64,000 bases of DNA, from NCBI GenBank assembly GCA_030390025.1, contig CM059432.1, positions 97,590,001-97,654,000 of the forward strand, given 5' to 3'. Below, piece after piece: positions 48,216 through 60,169 of this stretch (its first letter is position 1; the number at the start of each line of letters is the position of its first letter). The translations under genes were made by a program, and so were the position numbers. The notes under the pieces were generated by a model, which saw only the letters and a list, made by a program, of their open reading frames with translations, searched no databases and was not told the origin of the DNA. The stretch is from Squalus acanthias (taxonomy: Eukaryota).

Positions 48216-50129
48216 CTTCTCTTTGCCAGAAAAGTAATGAGGTACAGCAACGAAAGTAGCAGCAAAGTTAGGATGAACTAGGCAAAACTACCTCACAAAG
48301 CGTTGAGTCAATGTAGAAGTCTCTCTCTCTCTCTCTCCGAATCTCTCTCTCTCTCTCAGAACGAGTGGTGCATAAATGTCGACCACAGAAAAAGACAGGA
48401 AGAGGCCCCCTTTAAATAGCGCCCCCCCCAGCCCCAGACCGATTGATAACGTTCCAGTCTTCCGGTCGTTGGAAGCGCCAGGCGGTAAGGCAGGGGGCGC
48501 CACTCAATTTCCGCTCCGGGGCGCCCCAAGGGCGTTGCACCACGGACTGACGTCACAATCTGCGTGCGCAGGTGGTCGCAGCGGTAAGTTTTAGCGCCGC
48601 CGCACAATCTCAAGTTAAGTTCTCGAGCGGCGCAAACAGCGCTGCGCCCGGGCGTTAGCGCCTTAACGCCCCATTAGCGCCCATTTAAGGCGCTAACGGG
48701 AGGCGCAACCAACTGAATTTTTACCCCTATGCCTCTATTTATAAAGCCCATGATCCCATATGCTTTATTAACTGCTTTGTTAACCTGTCCTTCAACCCTC
48801 AAAGATTTGTGCGCAAACACCCCCAGGTCTCTCTGTTATGGCACCCCTTTTAAAATTGTACCATTTAGTTTGTATTCTTCCTACCAAATGCATCACCTTA
48901 CACTTTTCATCATCCATGTGTCCGCCCATTCTCCTAGCCTGTTTATGTCCTTTTGAAGTCTATTGCTATGTTCCTCACTGTTTACTACACTTCCAAGTTT
49001 TGTATCATCTGCAAATTTTGAAATTGTGCCCTGTACCCCTAAGTTCAAGTCATTAATGTATATCAAAAACAGCAGTGGTCCTAGTACTGAACCCTGGAGA
49101 GCACCACTGTATACCTCCTTCCAGTCCAAAAAACAGCCATTCGCCACAACTCTCTGTTTTCCATCCCTTAGCCAATTTTGTATTCATGCTACTACATGCC
49201 CCCTTTATCCCATGGGCTTTAATTTTGCTAACAAGCCTAATATGTGCTACTTTATCAAACGCCTTTTGAAAGTCCATATACACAAAATCAACTACACTGC
49301 CCTCATTCACCCTCTCTGTTATCTCATTAAAAAACACAATTAAATTAGTCAATCACGATTTGCCCTTAACAATTCTGTGCTGGCTCTCCTTTATTAGTTC
49401 ATGCTTGTCCAAGTGGCTGTTGATTTTTTCCAGGATTATTGTTTCTAAAAGCTTCCCCACTACTGACATTAAAGTGACTAGCCTATGATCTCCAGGTTTA
49501 TCCTTCTCCCCTTTTTTGAACAAGGGTGTAACATTTGCAATCCTTCAGTCCTCTGGCGCCATCCCTGTATCTAAGAAGGATTGGAAAATTATGGCCAGCA
49601 CCTCCATAATTTCTACCCTTACTTCCGTCAGCAACCTAGGATGCATCCCTTCTGGAAGAGGTGACTTATCTACTTTAAGTAGTGCCACCCTTTCTAGTAC
49701 CTCCATGCACGCTCATTACGCGCTGGAGGTGCGCTGCCTGGCATCCTGGATTGGGCTCCTCCCTTGGTGTCCTTGGCGCATACCAGAACTATTTAAATTG
49801 CTGACTAAAATATGTCACTTAGGGTCCTATCTTGTTGTGGGATTCTTTTGTGATATTGGGCTGCCCCAGCGCCTAACTCCCAATGTGATAAACTCACCTA
49901 GAAACTCGTAGTGTTAACAGATAGGAAGGATCCTTCAGCAGCGCTATTTAAAGGGCTCAGCCATTACATACAGGTTAGTTGCTGGTTTGACATTTGAGGA
50001 TGCTGGATAACTTCTGGTCACTTTTTGGCCTGTTTTCTGACTTAGAGAACTGATTTCTGACTGCTGATAAAAAGTTCTTGCTGGTGCTGGATTGGTTTTG
50101 GCTGATTTCTGAACAGTTTTGCTGCAGCC

Positions 50130-50600
50130 ATGAGTGGTCTGATAGGGCTGCCTTTGGGGGTGGAGGAAGAGGGGGAGCAGAATGGAAGACAAGAGAGAGT
50201 AGGAGCAGCTTGCAGAAGATGGAGGATCAGGACACTGCACAAGAAACTTCAGGGAGCACTTTTCCTACATGAACTTCTCAGAGGAGTAACGTCTCAAGTG
50301 CCTTTGCTTCGTTGTCACCGATCTATGCCAGCTGCTGCAGCCACAACTTGAGGCTCATACCAGGGCATGGACAACACTGCCTGTGGCTGTCAAAGTCAGT
50401 GTGGCCCTTAACCATTATGCCACGGGCTTCTTCCAGGCCGCAGCAGGTGACATAGGCGACATTTCCCAGTTTACACTGCACCGTTGTATCAGGGAGGTCA
50501 CCAAGGCTCTCTACATTATGAGGAACATCTACATCGCTTTTGCCATGGACATAGTGAAGCAGGACTACAGCTTGGTAGGTGGAAGGCTGCTGAGCTTCCA
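50130..50600 (+). pseudogene. Decayed Harbinger transposase 5' fragment
   Basis: AVKVSVALNHYATGFFQAAAGDIGDISQFTLHRCIREVTKAL. Confidence 0.8.
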
Positions 50601-50994
50601 TTGAGAACACTTCAGTTGGCTGTGGTGAATGACCTCAAGCAGTTGTAGGCCTTAAGGGGCTGGCCGAAGACAGCAGCATATCAGCGTGGGCTGGATCAGT
50701 CTGGTCCAGCTGACAAGGGTGGCACTAACAAATACACTGGCAGAGTGGTTGATGGAGGAGCAGGCATGCTGCCAGCCTGCGAGAGGACAGCAGGTACCTC
50801 TTCCATGGAGCCAAGGCTACTCACGTGGGACAGCGCCGCAGCACTCCTATGGCTCTGCGCGAGAACAGATTGCAGGAGTGATGTGTCGGTTTGGAATCCC
50901 GAACAACACTACTCCCCAAAGCCAAAATAGCAGCCGTCTGAGCATCCCAGGCGGTCAGGCGTTAGACCTCTTAAATATGTTAATTAAATATGTC

Positions 50995-51295
50995 CAAAAA
51001 TGTGCGGGTTAGGTTGATTTGGCTATGATAAATTGACCCTTAGTGTTAGGGGGGGATTAAATATGTGGGGTTACGGGGATAGGATGGGATATGTTAGGGG
51101 GAATTAAATACATGGGGTTACGGCGATAGGGTGGGATATGTGTCGGTGCAGGCTCGATGGGGATTCTGTGTGAGAAAGCAGGGACAGGGTACTGGATTTG
51201 GATGATCAGCCATGATCGTATTGAATGGTGGAGCAGGCTCGACGGGCCGAATGGCCTACTCCTGCTCCTAGTCTCTATGTTTCTATGTTTCTATA
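50995..51295 (+). mobile_element. HE1-like SINE 3' part followed by a CR1 3' tail
   Basis: Matches 33085-33230 and 16220-16340. Confidence 0.75.
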
Positions 51296-52615
51296 AGGGT
51301 CTACCATCTGTGGAAGGATCCTCTTGCTAAAATTTGTCTAGGATGAGCAGGGCAGGGCTTGTGCCATTCAGAATTCTTCCGCGGCTCCTGTGGCCACCAA
51401 CAAAAGGTAGGTTTTTAATTTTAAAAATTTCTAAATAACTTCCTGTGGAGCCAAAATAAGAGTTCGTCCCCGATTCCACATGCATCACGATCATCCAGCC
51501 CCCTCCCCCGCAGCCCGCTGCATTCCACCAACCCACGACCTACCAAAGAGCTGCTGCCAGCTGGGCAGGCAGGCCGTATCTTTTTTCCCATCGCGCAAGT
51601 TCCCTGTGGAGGCGTGACAGGTGCCGGCAACTCGCTCCAAGAATGCAAGTGAGGCTTGAGGACCAATACCTGCCCATTCTCGGGCCTCCATCTTCTGCTG
51701 CACTGCGGCTCGGTCCAAAGATGGGCCCAGACGGAAATCTACCCCAGTATGCCTCAGTGCTACATCAAGTGGTGCATTTATGCAAACAAACTACTTTAAC
51801 ACTTAACATCATTGATAACTTCCCAGTATTCAAAACAGATGCATCAGGAACATGTCACAGTCCTAATTTAATAATGAAATAAATGCTTGAAATCACTAAT
51901 TAGCTACTATTGGTGACTTTAATAGGAAATTATTATTATGGCATTCTAAGTACAATCAGTGAAGGATAAAGTATTGTGCCTATAATATTCAACAAGTTTT
52001 TGTTAAGGTTTTGAAAAGCAATTTTGGTTCGTGCAGAATGCACTTTTTCAAACTGCATATGTACCTATATTGCATTAAGCTTATATTCACTCCTACACAA
52101 TGGCCCAGAGTTTGCAGTAACATGGCCTGCGCAGTGAGTTGGATTTTCCCCCAACCTTCAGCTAAAATTATTTTTGTGCCGCAAATTGCTAGGAGTGCGA
52201 GCTGATAATGGCATGGTGAGGTTAGCGGGGCATCCAGAACCTTGGTGGGATCAACAGTCTATCTCTTTAATCAGGAGATTTAAGGATAGAGAAAGAAGCA
52301 GAGGAATGACGGACAAAGAAATAGGGTGAATTAGAGTCAAATTAGATAAAGAAAGAGAACTAAAGGCCGCGATTTTACCATCGGCGGCGGGTTGGCTGTT
52401 CGGCTGGTTCCGGTCCCGTTGCTGGTTTCAGCCGCTCTGAATGAACTATTTTCCCTTAACTGAGCCCGTCGTGCGCGCTACCCGGCCCAATCAGTGGGTT
52501 CGGGTCTGCTGCTCGCCTCTGCTGACGTCTTCCATCCAGCTGTATTTAAGGGGCCCATGCAGCCTTGTGGTTTTTCATTCCTATTCTGATGCTTCTCAGA
52601 GTGGCAGATAGAGAG

Positions 52616-54518
52616 ATGACTGCTTCAAGAGCCAAGGCATCTCCAAGATTCAATGATGACTCCCTCCATGCTATTGTGGAGGGAGTGAGAGGGCGCAAAG
52701 AGGTTCTGCTTCCCTCAAATGGACGGAGGAAGCCTCCTCAGCAAACCAAAGCAGCCTAACTGCAAATTGCTGAGGAGGTGAGCGCCAGGTCTTTGTGTGG
52801 TCGCACCTGGGTTCAGTGCCGCAAAAGGTTCAATGATCTGCTACGCTCAACAAAAGTGAGTATAACATCACACTTACCTTCAATCTGCTCCCCATCTCCT
52901 CTCATCACCAGCACTCTGCATTGTCAACCTACTCCTGCACATCCCAATTTACCCTTACATTCCTTGCACCCTTACCATCCCCCCCTCACTATGTACAGAA
53001 TCACTTCACACTTCTCCTATGCAGCCCTCACACTCGCTATCACTGTTATGCAATGACAACAGCTAACAATGCACAGGGAGGGTCCTTGGTATCGGCACCA
53101 AACTCCGTCTTTGACTCCCTCTAAGCATCTATGCTATGGATTCTCTACACTCACTCCAACATTCTCACTCAAACTCCACTTGTGTCCCTCATTGCAGGAA
53201 AGGAGAGCCCACAATAAGAGGGAGAGGGGGAGGACAGGAGGAGGGCCACCTTCCATGGCGCACTTGACCACCGCTGAGGAGGCTGCTATCGACATGGTCG
53301 GAGGTGCTGAGGAGCTGGAAGTGGGGGACGGAGAGACGGGTGCAGTAGAGCAAACTGGTGACAGAATAGATTTGCAACCCTCTCATTTAGATTGCATGAG
53401 TGACTGATATGGCATCTGATGTTCATATAGATTGAGTTCTGATCATCTGCACAATTGGATGTGTCTGCTACGTTAATATCACATGTCTAACTCATGCCTT
53501 TACTCCCCCACAGGACCATCGAGAGCCCCCTTCCCCACTGTCCAGGAGGAAGAGCTGGAAGACTCCTCAGAGGAAGCTGCTATCTCTGAGGGTGCAGTGT
53601 CAGCAGAATTGAGCGCACCCAGCACCAGCGCAGAGACGCAAACCTCGGTGGGTCATTCGCGAGATGGATTAGTGTTGTCACCTGGTGTATCGCAGCTCAC
53701 AAGTGAGCATCAGCAGATGGTGGAGACAGGGACAGCAGTGGAGAGTCCTCATTGGAGGCCGCAGGGCGCTCCTAGCTCTGCTCAGCTGCATGTAGTCCCT
53801 GTGCCTCTGGGGCCATCCAGAAAGAGAGCAGTGCTGGAACTTCAGGAACAAGTGCAGGAGTCTCTGACAGGGTTTGCAACCACGGTAACTGCGAGTGTGC
53901 AGAGAATGGAGGAGTCCATCTCAAACATGAGCAATGCCGTGGTGCACTCAATGGCGAATGTAGGTGCCGCCATGGAAAAGATGGCAACCTCCATGAAGGA
54001 TATAAATCGGCATATGCAAATGAACATGGTGACTCTTCTAAATAGATAGTCTGCTATGGAGGATAGATGGGCAGCTATTGAGGAGAGACACCAGAGGTAC
54101 ATGGACGTACCTGTTATGAGGACTGTCAGTGTAGAGACGGGTTCTCATGGCGCCACTGACGTGCAGCAAGGTGCACTCCAGCTACTTGCTAGCAGTGAAG
54201 TGCGGGTGACCCTCGAGAGGGATGTTGGTGGTTGACAACAAGGAAGTGTGGGCTCCTCTCCAAGCGCTCACACTCCCATGCCACTGCGGAGCCCTCGGTC
54301 AGAGCCCCAGATTCCTCACCCAACTGAGATGGCTGTCTCAGCCCTTGCACAGCCACAGGAGGAGCAGACTGTTGCCGAGCCCTCCCTGGCTCCCAAACCC
54401 TGAGGACGCCCGCCAAAGGTGTCGAAGCAGGCGCAGCATGAAAGTGAGCAAGGTGCCTCAACATCTGCTGAAGCCACAGGGGAAGTACCACGTAGAAGCA
54501 CGCGTAAGAGAAAGTTAA
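52616..54518 (+). pseudogene. Myb/SANT-like gene (exons ~52616-52855, ~53198-53357, ~53514-54518) with stops
   Basis: PRFNDDSL..V, QCRKRFNDL, AHNKRERGRTGGG. In-frame stops at 52757 and 54047. Confidence 0.8.
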
Positions 54519-54815
54519 CACACAAATAGTCACAAGGGTAGTCACTTGGGTGTTTTGATCTAATATAAAGTGAAGATTGTCATCATTATTTCAATTGTAA
54601 GAAAGAAATGCGATGGCAAAGATTCAAAGAGTTGGCCTATGTGTGCCCAGAAATGGAAGTATCACAGTGAGGGGTCAGGGCGCCTTTCATCTGTAATGAT
54701 GGTGGTGAGAGTGATAGGAACCCACAGTTTATTGTACAGATGCTGTATGGTGTATTAAGAAGGTTGGCCAGACACTCATTTTCATGTGGCAGCCACATGT
54801 GTTTGCTTCTAAAGC

Positions 54816-55960
54816 TTACGCGAATCTGGCATGGAGTAGTACATCCCTTGCCTCATGGCCAGCAATGTGCTCACGTGCTGGTGGAACTGGCACATGCGCT
54901 TCCAGAAGGTTTTCCTCCTCCTCTGTGCACTGAGCCACTTGTTCCTCAGGCAGTGGTAAGCCACGCTGCTGTGCGATGTTGTGCAGTGCACAGCAGACCA
55001 CGATGATTCTGGAGACCCTGGCTGGGCTGGTGAGTACTGTAGGGCTCCAACAGATCTGCCGAGGCATCTGAATCGCCTTTTGAGCAAGCCGATGGTTTGC
55101 TCTATGATGCTTCTGGTGGAAATGTGGTTCACATTGTAGCGCTCCTCAGCTTCGTTTGATGGCCTCCTCATCGGTGTCATTAGCCATGTCTTCAGGGGAT
55201 AGCCCTTGTCTCCAAGTAGCCATCCAGAATGTTGAGTTGGCGGATTAAACAGCTGAGGCACAGTAGACTGCCGCAGGATGAACGAGTCATGGCAACTGCC
55301 AGGGAACTTGGCGCAAACATGCATAATGTTCTTCCTGTGGTTGCATACCAGCTGGACGTTAAGGGAGTGGAAGCCCTTGTGGTTGACAAATACAGCTGGG
55401 TCGTGATGTGGTGCCCTAATGGCCACATGTGTGCAGTCTACGACACCCTGCACCCTTGGCAAGCCTGCCATATTAGCAAAGCCAACCGCACGCGCGGTTA
55501 CACTTGCTTCATCCGTGGAGAAGTGGATGTAATTGTGCGACTTTGCAAAGAGGGCATCGCTAACCTGCGTGATGTCTGCTGCTGATCCCTGGAAGGACCC
55601 TGAAGCAAAAATGTTGAATGCGGTGGTGATTTTGACAGCCACTGGTAAGGAGTGTCCACCCGCTCCTCTGGGCTCCAGGTGTTGGTGCAGCATTGTGCAG
55701 ATGTCAGTGACTACCTCTCGCAAAAGTCTCAGCCTCCTTTGGCACTGCTGCTCAGTCATGTTGAGGAAGCTTATCCTCGGCCTGTAAACCCTGTGTTGGG
55801 GGTATCTCCTGCGGCGAGGTGCAGCCCTGCGCTGATGCCCTCTGCCCTGTGCAGCATCAGGTGGCTGAGGAGAAGGTTGGCGCTCCTATTGTTGGTGCTG
55901 CTGGTGTGCTTGGTTCTGCTGCTGCCACGGCTGCTCTTCCTCTGACTCTGAGGACCAGGA
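54816..55960 (-). pseudogene. Harbinger transposase with a small deletion and frameshifts
   Basis: [33 protein letters not shown] falls in another frame. Confidence 0.9.
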
Positions 55961-57256
55961 TGAGAGGGTATAAATGGTTCCCATTCTGCTGGTATATATC
56001 TCAGTTGAGGAATAAATGTTATAAGCGCTCAGGCAGTGTGGGGACAGGATATTCCAAGGAGATCACAGTGTATATGAATCTCAGCTTAAACACTTACAAG
56101 CTCAATAGACCTGCAAAAAGTGTTCCAAAACCACAAAACACAAAGTTCTGGCATCTGAAAGTCAGCCATGTTACAGGTCCGCTTTTATGCTGCAGGAGCA
56201 GCTGTCAAGAATTCAGGTAGTTGCTGAACGCTGAACGCAAAATCAGCTGGCGTGTTTGTCGCATGACGTGCAACACGCTGAAAATGTAGTAAAACGGGAA
56301 GAGCCTGTTAAAATGGGATTATGTAGCCAGTTAACAAGCTGTTAACTGCCTCTCCCTCCGCTTGGTGTCGGGCCTGATCGGGACTCGCAGACCTGACACT
56401 TTGAAAAGTTGCATGGAGGCGGGATGGCGGCGGGTTTGCAACCTGCGTCAATCATTTAGATTTTCACTCCTGACCCGTCTCCAAACCCGCCCTCCGAGCG
56501 CCGGCAAAATCGCGGCCAAAGAGAGGGAAAGAAAGATTGGATTAAGAGAGAGAGAGAAAAAAGAGGCAGAAAGGAAAGTTAAGAAAATATATTTAATTTA
56601 AAAACCTTCTAGGAGCAATTTGTGGCAATTCGCAACTCACGACGTAACTTTTCCTCGGCACAAGCTGCTGCGTTTTTTGAGCAATAATAACGGGGTGCGC
56701 TGTGAACTTGTGGTTTCCCTGCAAATTCTGGGCCAATAATTTAGCCTCCTGTTAAAACTAGAGCAAGGCTTCTGCACATATGAATTACTAAGGGTAAAAC
56801 TCTCTGAAAGGACAGAGTAAAAGCATCATGTGATGAAACACTAAGTTACACAGGCTAGAAAGTCCCAGGATTGCCCCCCTGGTCCATGCTGAAGTAACTG
56901 ATCACAATCGGGCTGCTACAATTTACCACAGAACCCCAGATTAAGGAGGGGAGAAATCCACCAGGTCTCTTGCTGTTGATTGCCTTCTAAATTATTGAAA
57001 ATAATGCTCCAATACTAAGGGTAGAAATATAAGTAGAACTATTGCCATCTCCAGCACCACTTAAATGCTCCCAGTCTATCGACAAATTAGAGTGATAACC
57101 TTACCTCATCTCAACTGAGAGTGGGGGCAATTTTTCTACTTCTTATAGACTACTTATATATGTTCCATTACAATTCTCTCTCCCTTTATCAAATATTCAT
57201 GTTAGAAATTAAGAAGAGCAAGCTGCTATGAAGGAAAAATACCCTCCTATTTCGCA

Positions 57257-57685
57257 ATGACTCATAGAGGCATAGAGTACAAAAGCAAGGAAGTTATGAT
57301 GAACCTTTATAAAACACTGGTTCGGCCTCAACTGGAGTATTGTGTCCAATTCTGGGCACTGCACTTTAGGAAGGATGTGAAGGCCTTCGAGAGGGTGCAG
57401 AAAAGATTTACAAGAATGGTTCCAGGGATGAGGGACTCCAGTTACGTGGATAGACTCGGGAAGCTGGGGTTGTTCTCCTTAGAGCAGAGAAGGTTGAAAG
57501 GAGATTTGATAGAGGTGTTCAAAATCATGAGAGGTCTAGACAGAGTAGAGAGAAACTGTTCTCATTGGTGGAAGAGTCAAGAACCAGAGGACACAGATTT
57601 AAGGTGCTTGGCAGAAGAACCAAAGGCAACATGAGGAAAACTGAATGGCCTCCTCCTGTGTTGTAACCATTCTATGATTCTATGA
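57257..57685 (+). mobile_element. CR1 3' fragment
   Basis: LYKTLVRPQLEYCVQFW..RRLKGDLIE and tail TTCTATGATTCTATG. Confidence 0.88.
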
Positions 57686-57859
57686 GACACTAACTACAAC
57701 TAGCTCTATTTACTTGGAGAGAGAATATAAGTTACTTCCAATCCTAGTTAGGTCAGGTAAAGATCTTTAGATTAATTATTTTCTAACTTGAAGAGTACTC
57801 TATCTTCACTTGGCCATCTTATATGACTAGTGTCTCTAGATGTAAACTAGAAAGTTGAT

Positions 57860-58778
57860 TGACAGACAGGAAACAATGGGTAAAGGTTAATGGGTGTTCC
57901 TTTGATTGGAGAAGGGTTGAAAATTTGTATCCAATGGGTCATTGTTGGGTCTACTTTTGTTCTCGGTATACATAGATGATTTGGACTTGAGCGGGTTTGG
58001 GGGGGGCACAATATTAAGATTTGCTGATGACACAAACCCTTACTTTTTTGTTATCAGTAAAAGACTTTAGGAGGAGTTGAACAGGAGAGTGGAATGGGCA
58101 GACAGGTGACAGATGCAATTTAATCTGGATGAAAAACAAGGAATGGGATTAGATAAATGGAAAGATGCTGAACTGAGAAACACAGGAGTTCAAATAAATA
58201 ATTCCTTGATAGTACAATAAGAAAGGCCAGTAGCATTTTGGGTTTTATAAATAGGAGCATAGTGTACAAGAGCAAAGAGGTAATGATAAATTTGCACAAG
58301 GCTAAGGATATGGTCAGAGTATTTGTTGTTTGGGATGGCTTATTATTGAAAGGATATTAAAGCCATAGAAAGTGTAGATTCACCAGAAATTATAGTATGA
58401 AGAGAGAATTGAGATATTGCCACTATTTCCATACGGGCAGAGAAGATTGTGAGGAATTTTCATTGAGCTTTTTCAAATTATAAAGGCTTTTTATAGGGGA
58501 ATAAGGAAATACAACTTATTTTTGTTTGGCAGTCAGTAACAAGGAAGTCATCAATTTAAAATTGTCACTAAGAGGGTGAGGAGAGGTTAGAAGATATTTA
58601 TTTACATAGAGTGTTTTTAGACCATTAAATAATTTGACTCAGGATTTAGTGTTGCATTTTTGAATGGAAAAATTGATAAAATATTTGAAGTACAGGAAGG
58701 TACAGGGATATGGGGAGGAAACAGGCAGTGGGATTAGTTTTGAATTATTATAGCAAAAAGCCAGCACAGACACAATAG
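57860..58778 (+). mobile_element. Highly decayed old CR1 3' region
   Basis: Residual AAGATTTGCTGATGACAC (FADD) and colinearity with other CR1 copies. Confidence 0.65.
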
Positions 58779-58779
58779 A

Positions 58780-59242
58780 AAGAAAGAACATGGATTTATA
58801 TCGTGCCTTTCACAACCTCAGGATGTCCCAAAGCACTTTACAATCAATTAAGTAATTTTGAAGTGTAGTCACTTGTAATGTAGAAAATGCAGCAACAGCC
58901 AATTTGTGTACAATAAGGTCCCCAAAACAGCAATGAGAAAATGGCCAGATAATCTGTTTTAGTGATGTTGGTTGAGGGATCAATATTGTCCATGACACCA
59001 GAGAGAACCCCGCTGCTCTTCTTTGAAATAGTGCCATGGGTTCTTTTAAATCCGCCAGGGAGAGCAGACGGGGTTTGGTTTATCATCCAAAAGACGGCAC
59101 CTCCGACAGTGCAGCACTCCCTCAGTACTGCACTGGAAGTGTCAGCCTGGATTATGTGCTCAAGTCTCTGGAGTGCGACTGTGAACCCACAACCTTCTGA
59201 CTCAAAGGTGAGAGAATCACCAACTGAGCCATAACTGACACT
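58780..59242 (-). mobile_element. SacSINE1-like DeuSINE (tRNA head, Deu domain, L2-like tail)
   Basis: Minus head GTGTCAGTTATGGCTCAGTTGG..GGGTTC, central GTGCTGCACTGTCGGAGGTGCCGTCTTT. Tail shared with the L2 at 60170. Confidence 0.8.
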
Positions 59243-60169
59243 AGGCCTGGACAATGGCCATGAAATTCCCGCTCCACCACTGTGGACTTGTGCATGTAAA
59301 CAGGGTTTCCTGACAAGGTGCCAAATAGCCTTCTTCTGTGCTGCAAACTTCAATGGTTCTGTGGTGCACTAAACCTGTTTGAAGGGTCACTCACTTATGA
59401 CCCAACCGAATCAAAATAGAGTCTGGGTGACTAACTGAAAAGACAATGGGGTCTAAGTTTGTCGTGGGCGGTAGCATAAATGGGCGATAGTGAATTGGAA
59501 GCCTGTTTTACGCTCCGGCTGATTATCCTTTCCATTGAAGTCAATGCAAAACAAGCTGCCAATTCACTATCATCTGTTTTATGCTGACGGCCAAGGCGAA
59601 TTTATACCCCAGTAATGACTGGAACAAAGAACATTTGCCAGGAATTTCCTCAGAGCTGCTCCCACTCTGCCACCATAACTTCACCGGACGTGTGGTGGAA
59701 ACCCTGTTTACATGCACAAGTCTACGGCTGTGGTGTGGGAGCAGCTCCGAGGAAATTCCTGCTACAATATAACTAGCGAAAATTAAATTGACTGAGGGAG
59801 TATATTTTCCTCGTTATTTAATTCTCACTGTCTGAAGTGCAATCAAAAAGTATGACAGTGTGTTCCAATATTTCTCTTGGTCGATCCTAGGGAATGCCTC
59901 ACTTTCCTCACTGTGTGACAGAAAGGCGTCCATTTTCAGGGGTGGTTGAAGAAGTTGGCATTTGGCCTTGCAATTGCGACTACTTCAAATCAGAATGCCT
60001 GAGGGGAACAGGCGGCAAGGCAAGGGAGGCCATAAAAGGTAAGTGCTATTTATCTTTTCCAGCCTCCCAATGGATCTTTCACCCTGAAGGCCTAGTAGCT
60101 GTTGTTAGCAGTCAGAAGACTCTCATGCCATCAGCCACTTCTACAGCTACAGGCTTCGCCTCGATGCAA

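Larger units (their letters stand above)
44244..48727. mobile_element. Complete two-gene PIF/Harbinger DNA transposon (4484 bp)
   Basis: TIRs GGGGTAGAAATT / AATTTTTACCCC, TSD TAT, convergent Myb/SANT and DDE transposase genes. Confidence 0.96.
43626..49700 (-). mobile_element. 5'-truncated CR1 LINE interrupted by a Harbinger
   Basis: RT fragments at 43673-44175 and 48893-49352. The sequence rejoins as TTTTGTACTCTAT|GCCTCTATTT across the insertion. Confidence 0.9.
52365..56517. mobile_element. Second full-span Harbinger (different family), both genes decayed
   Basis: TIRs GGCCGCGATTTTACC / GGCAAAATCGCGGCC, TSD AAA. Confidence 0.93.
52102..56734. mobile_element. Outer MITE hosting a Harbinger insertion
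   Basis: TIRs GGCCCAGAGTTTGCAG / CTGCAAATTCTGGGCC, TSD AAT. Confidence 0.85.
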
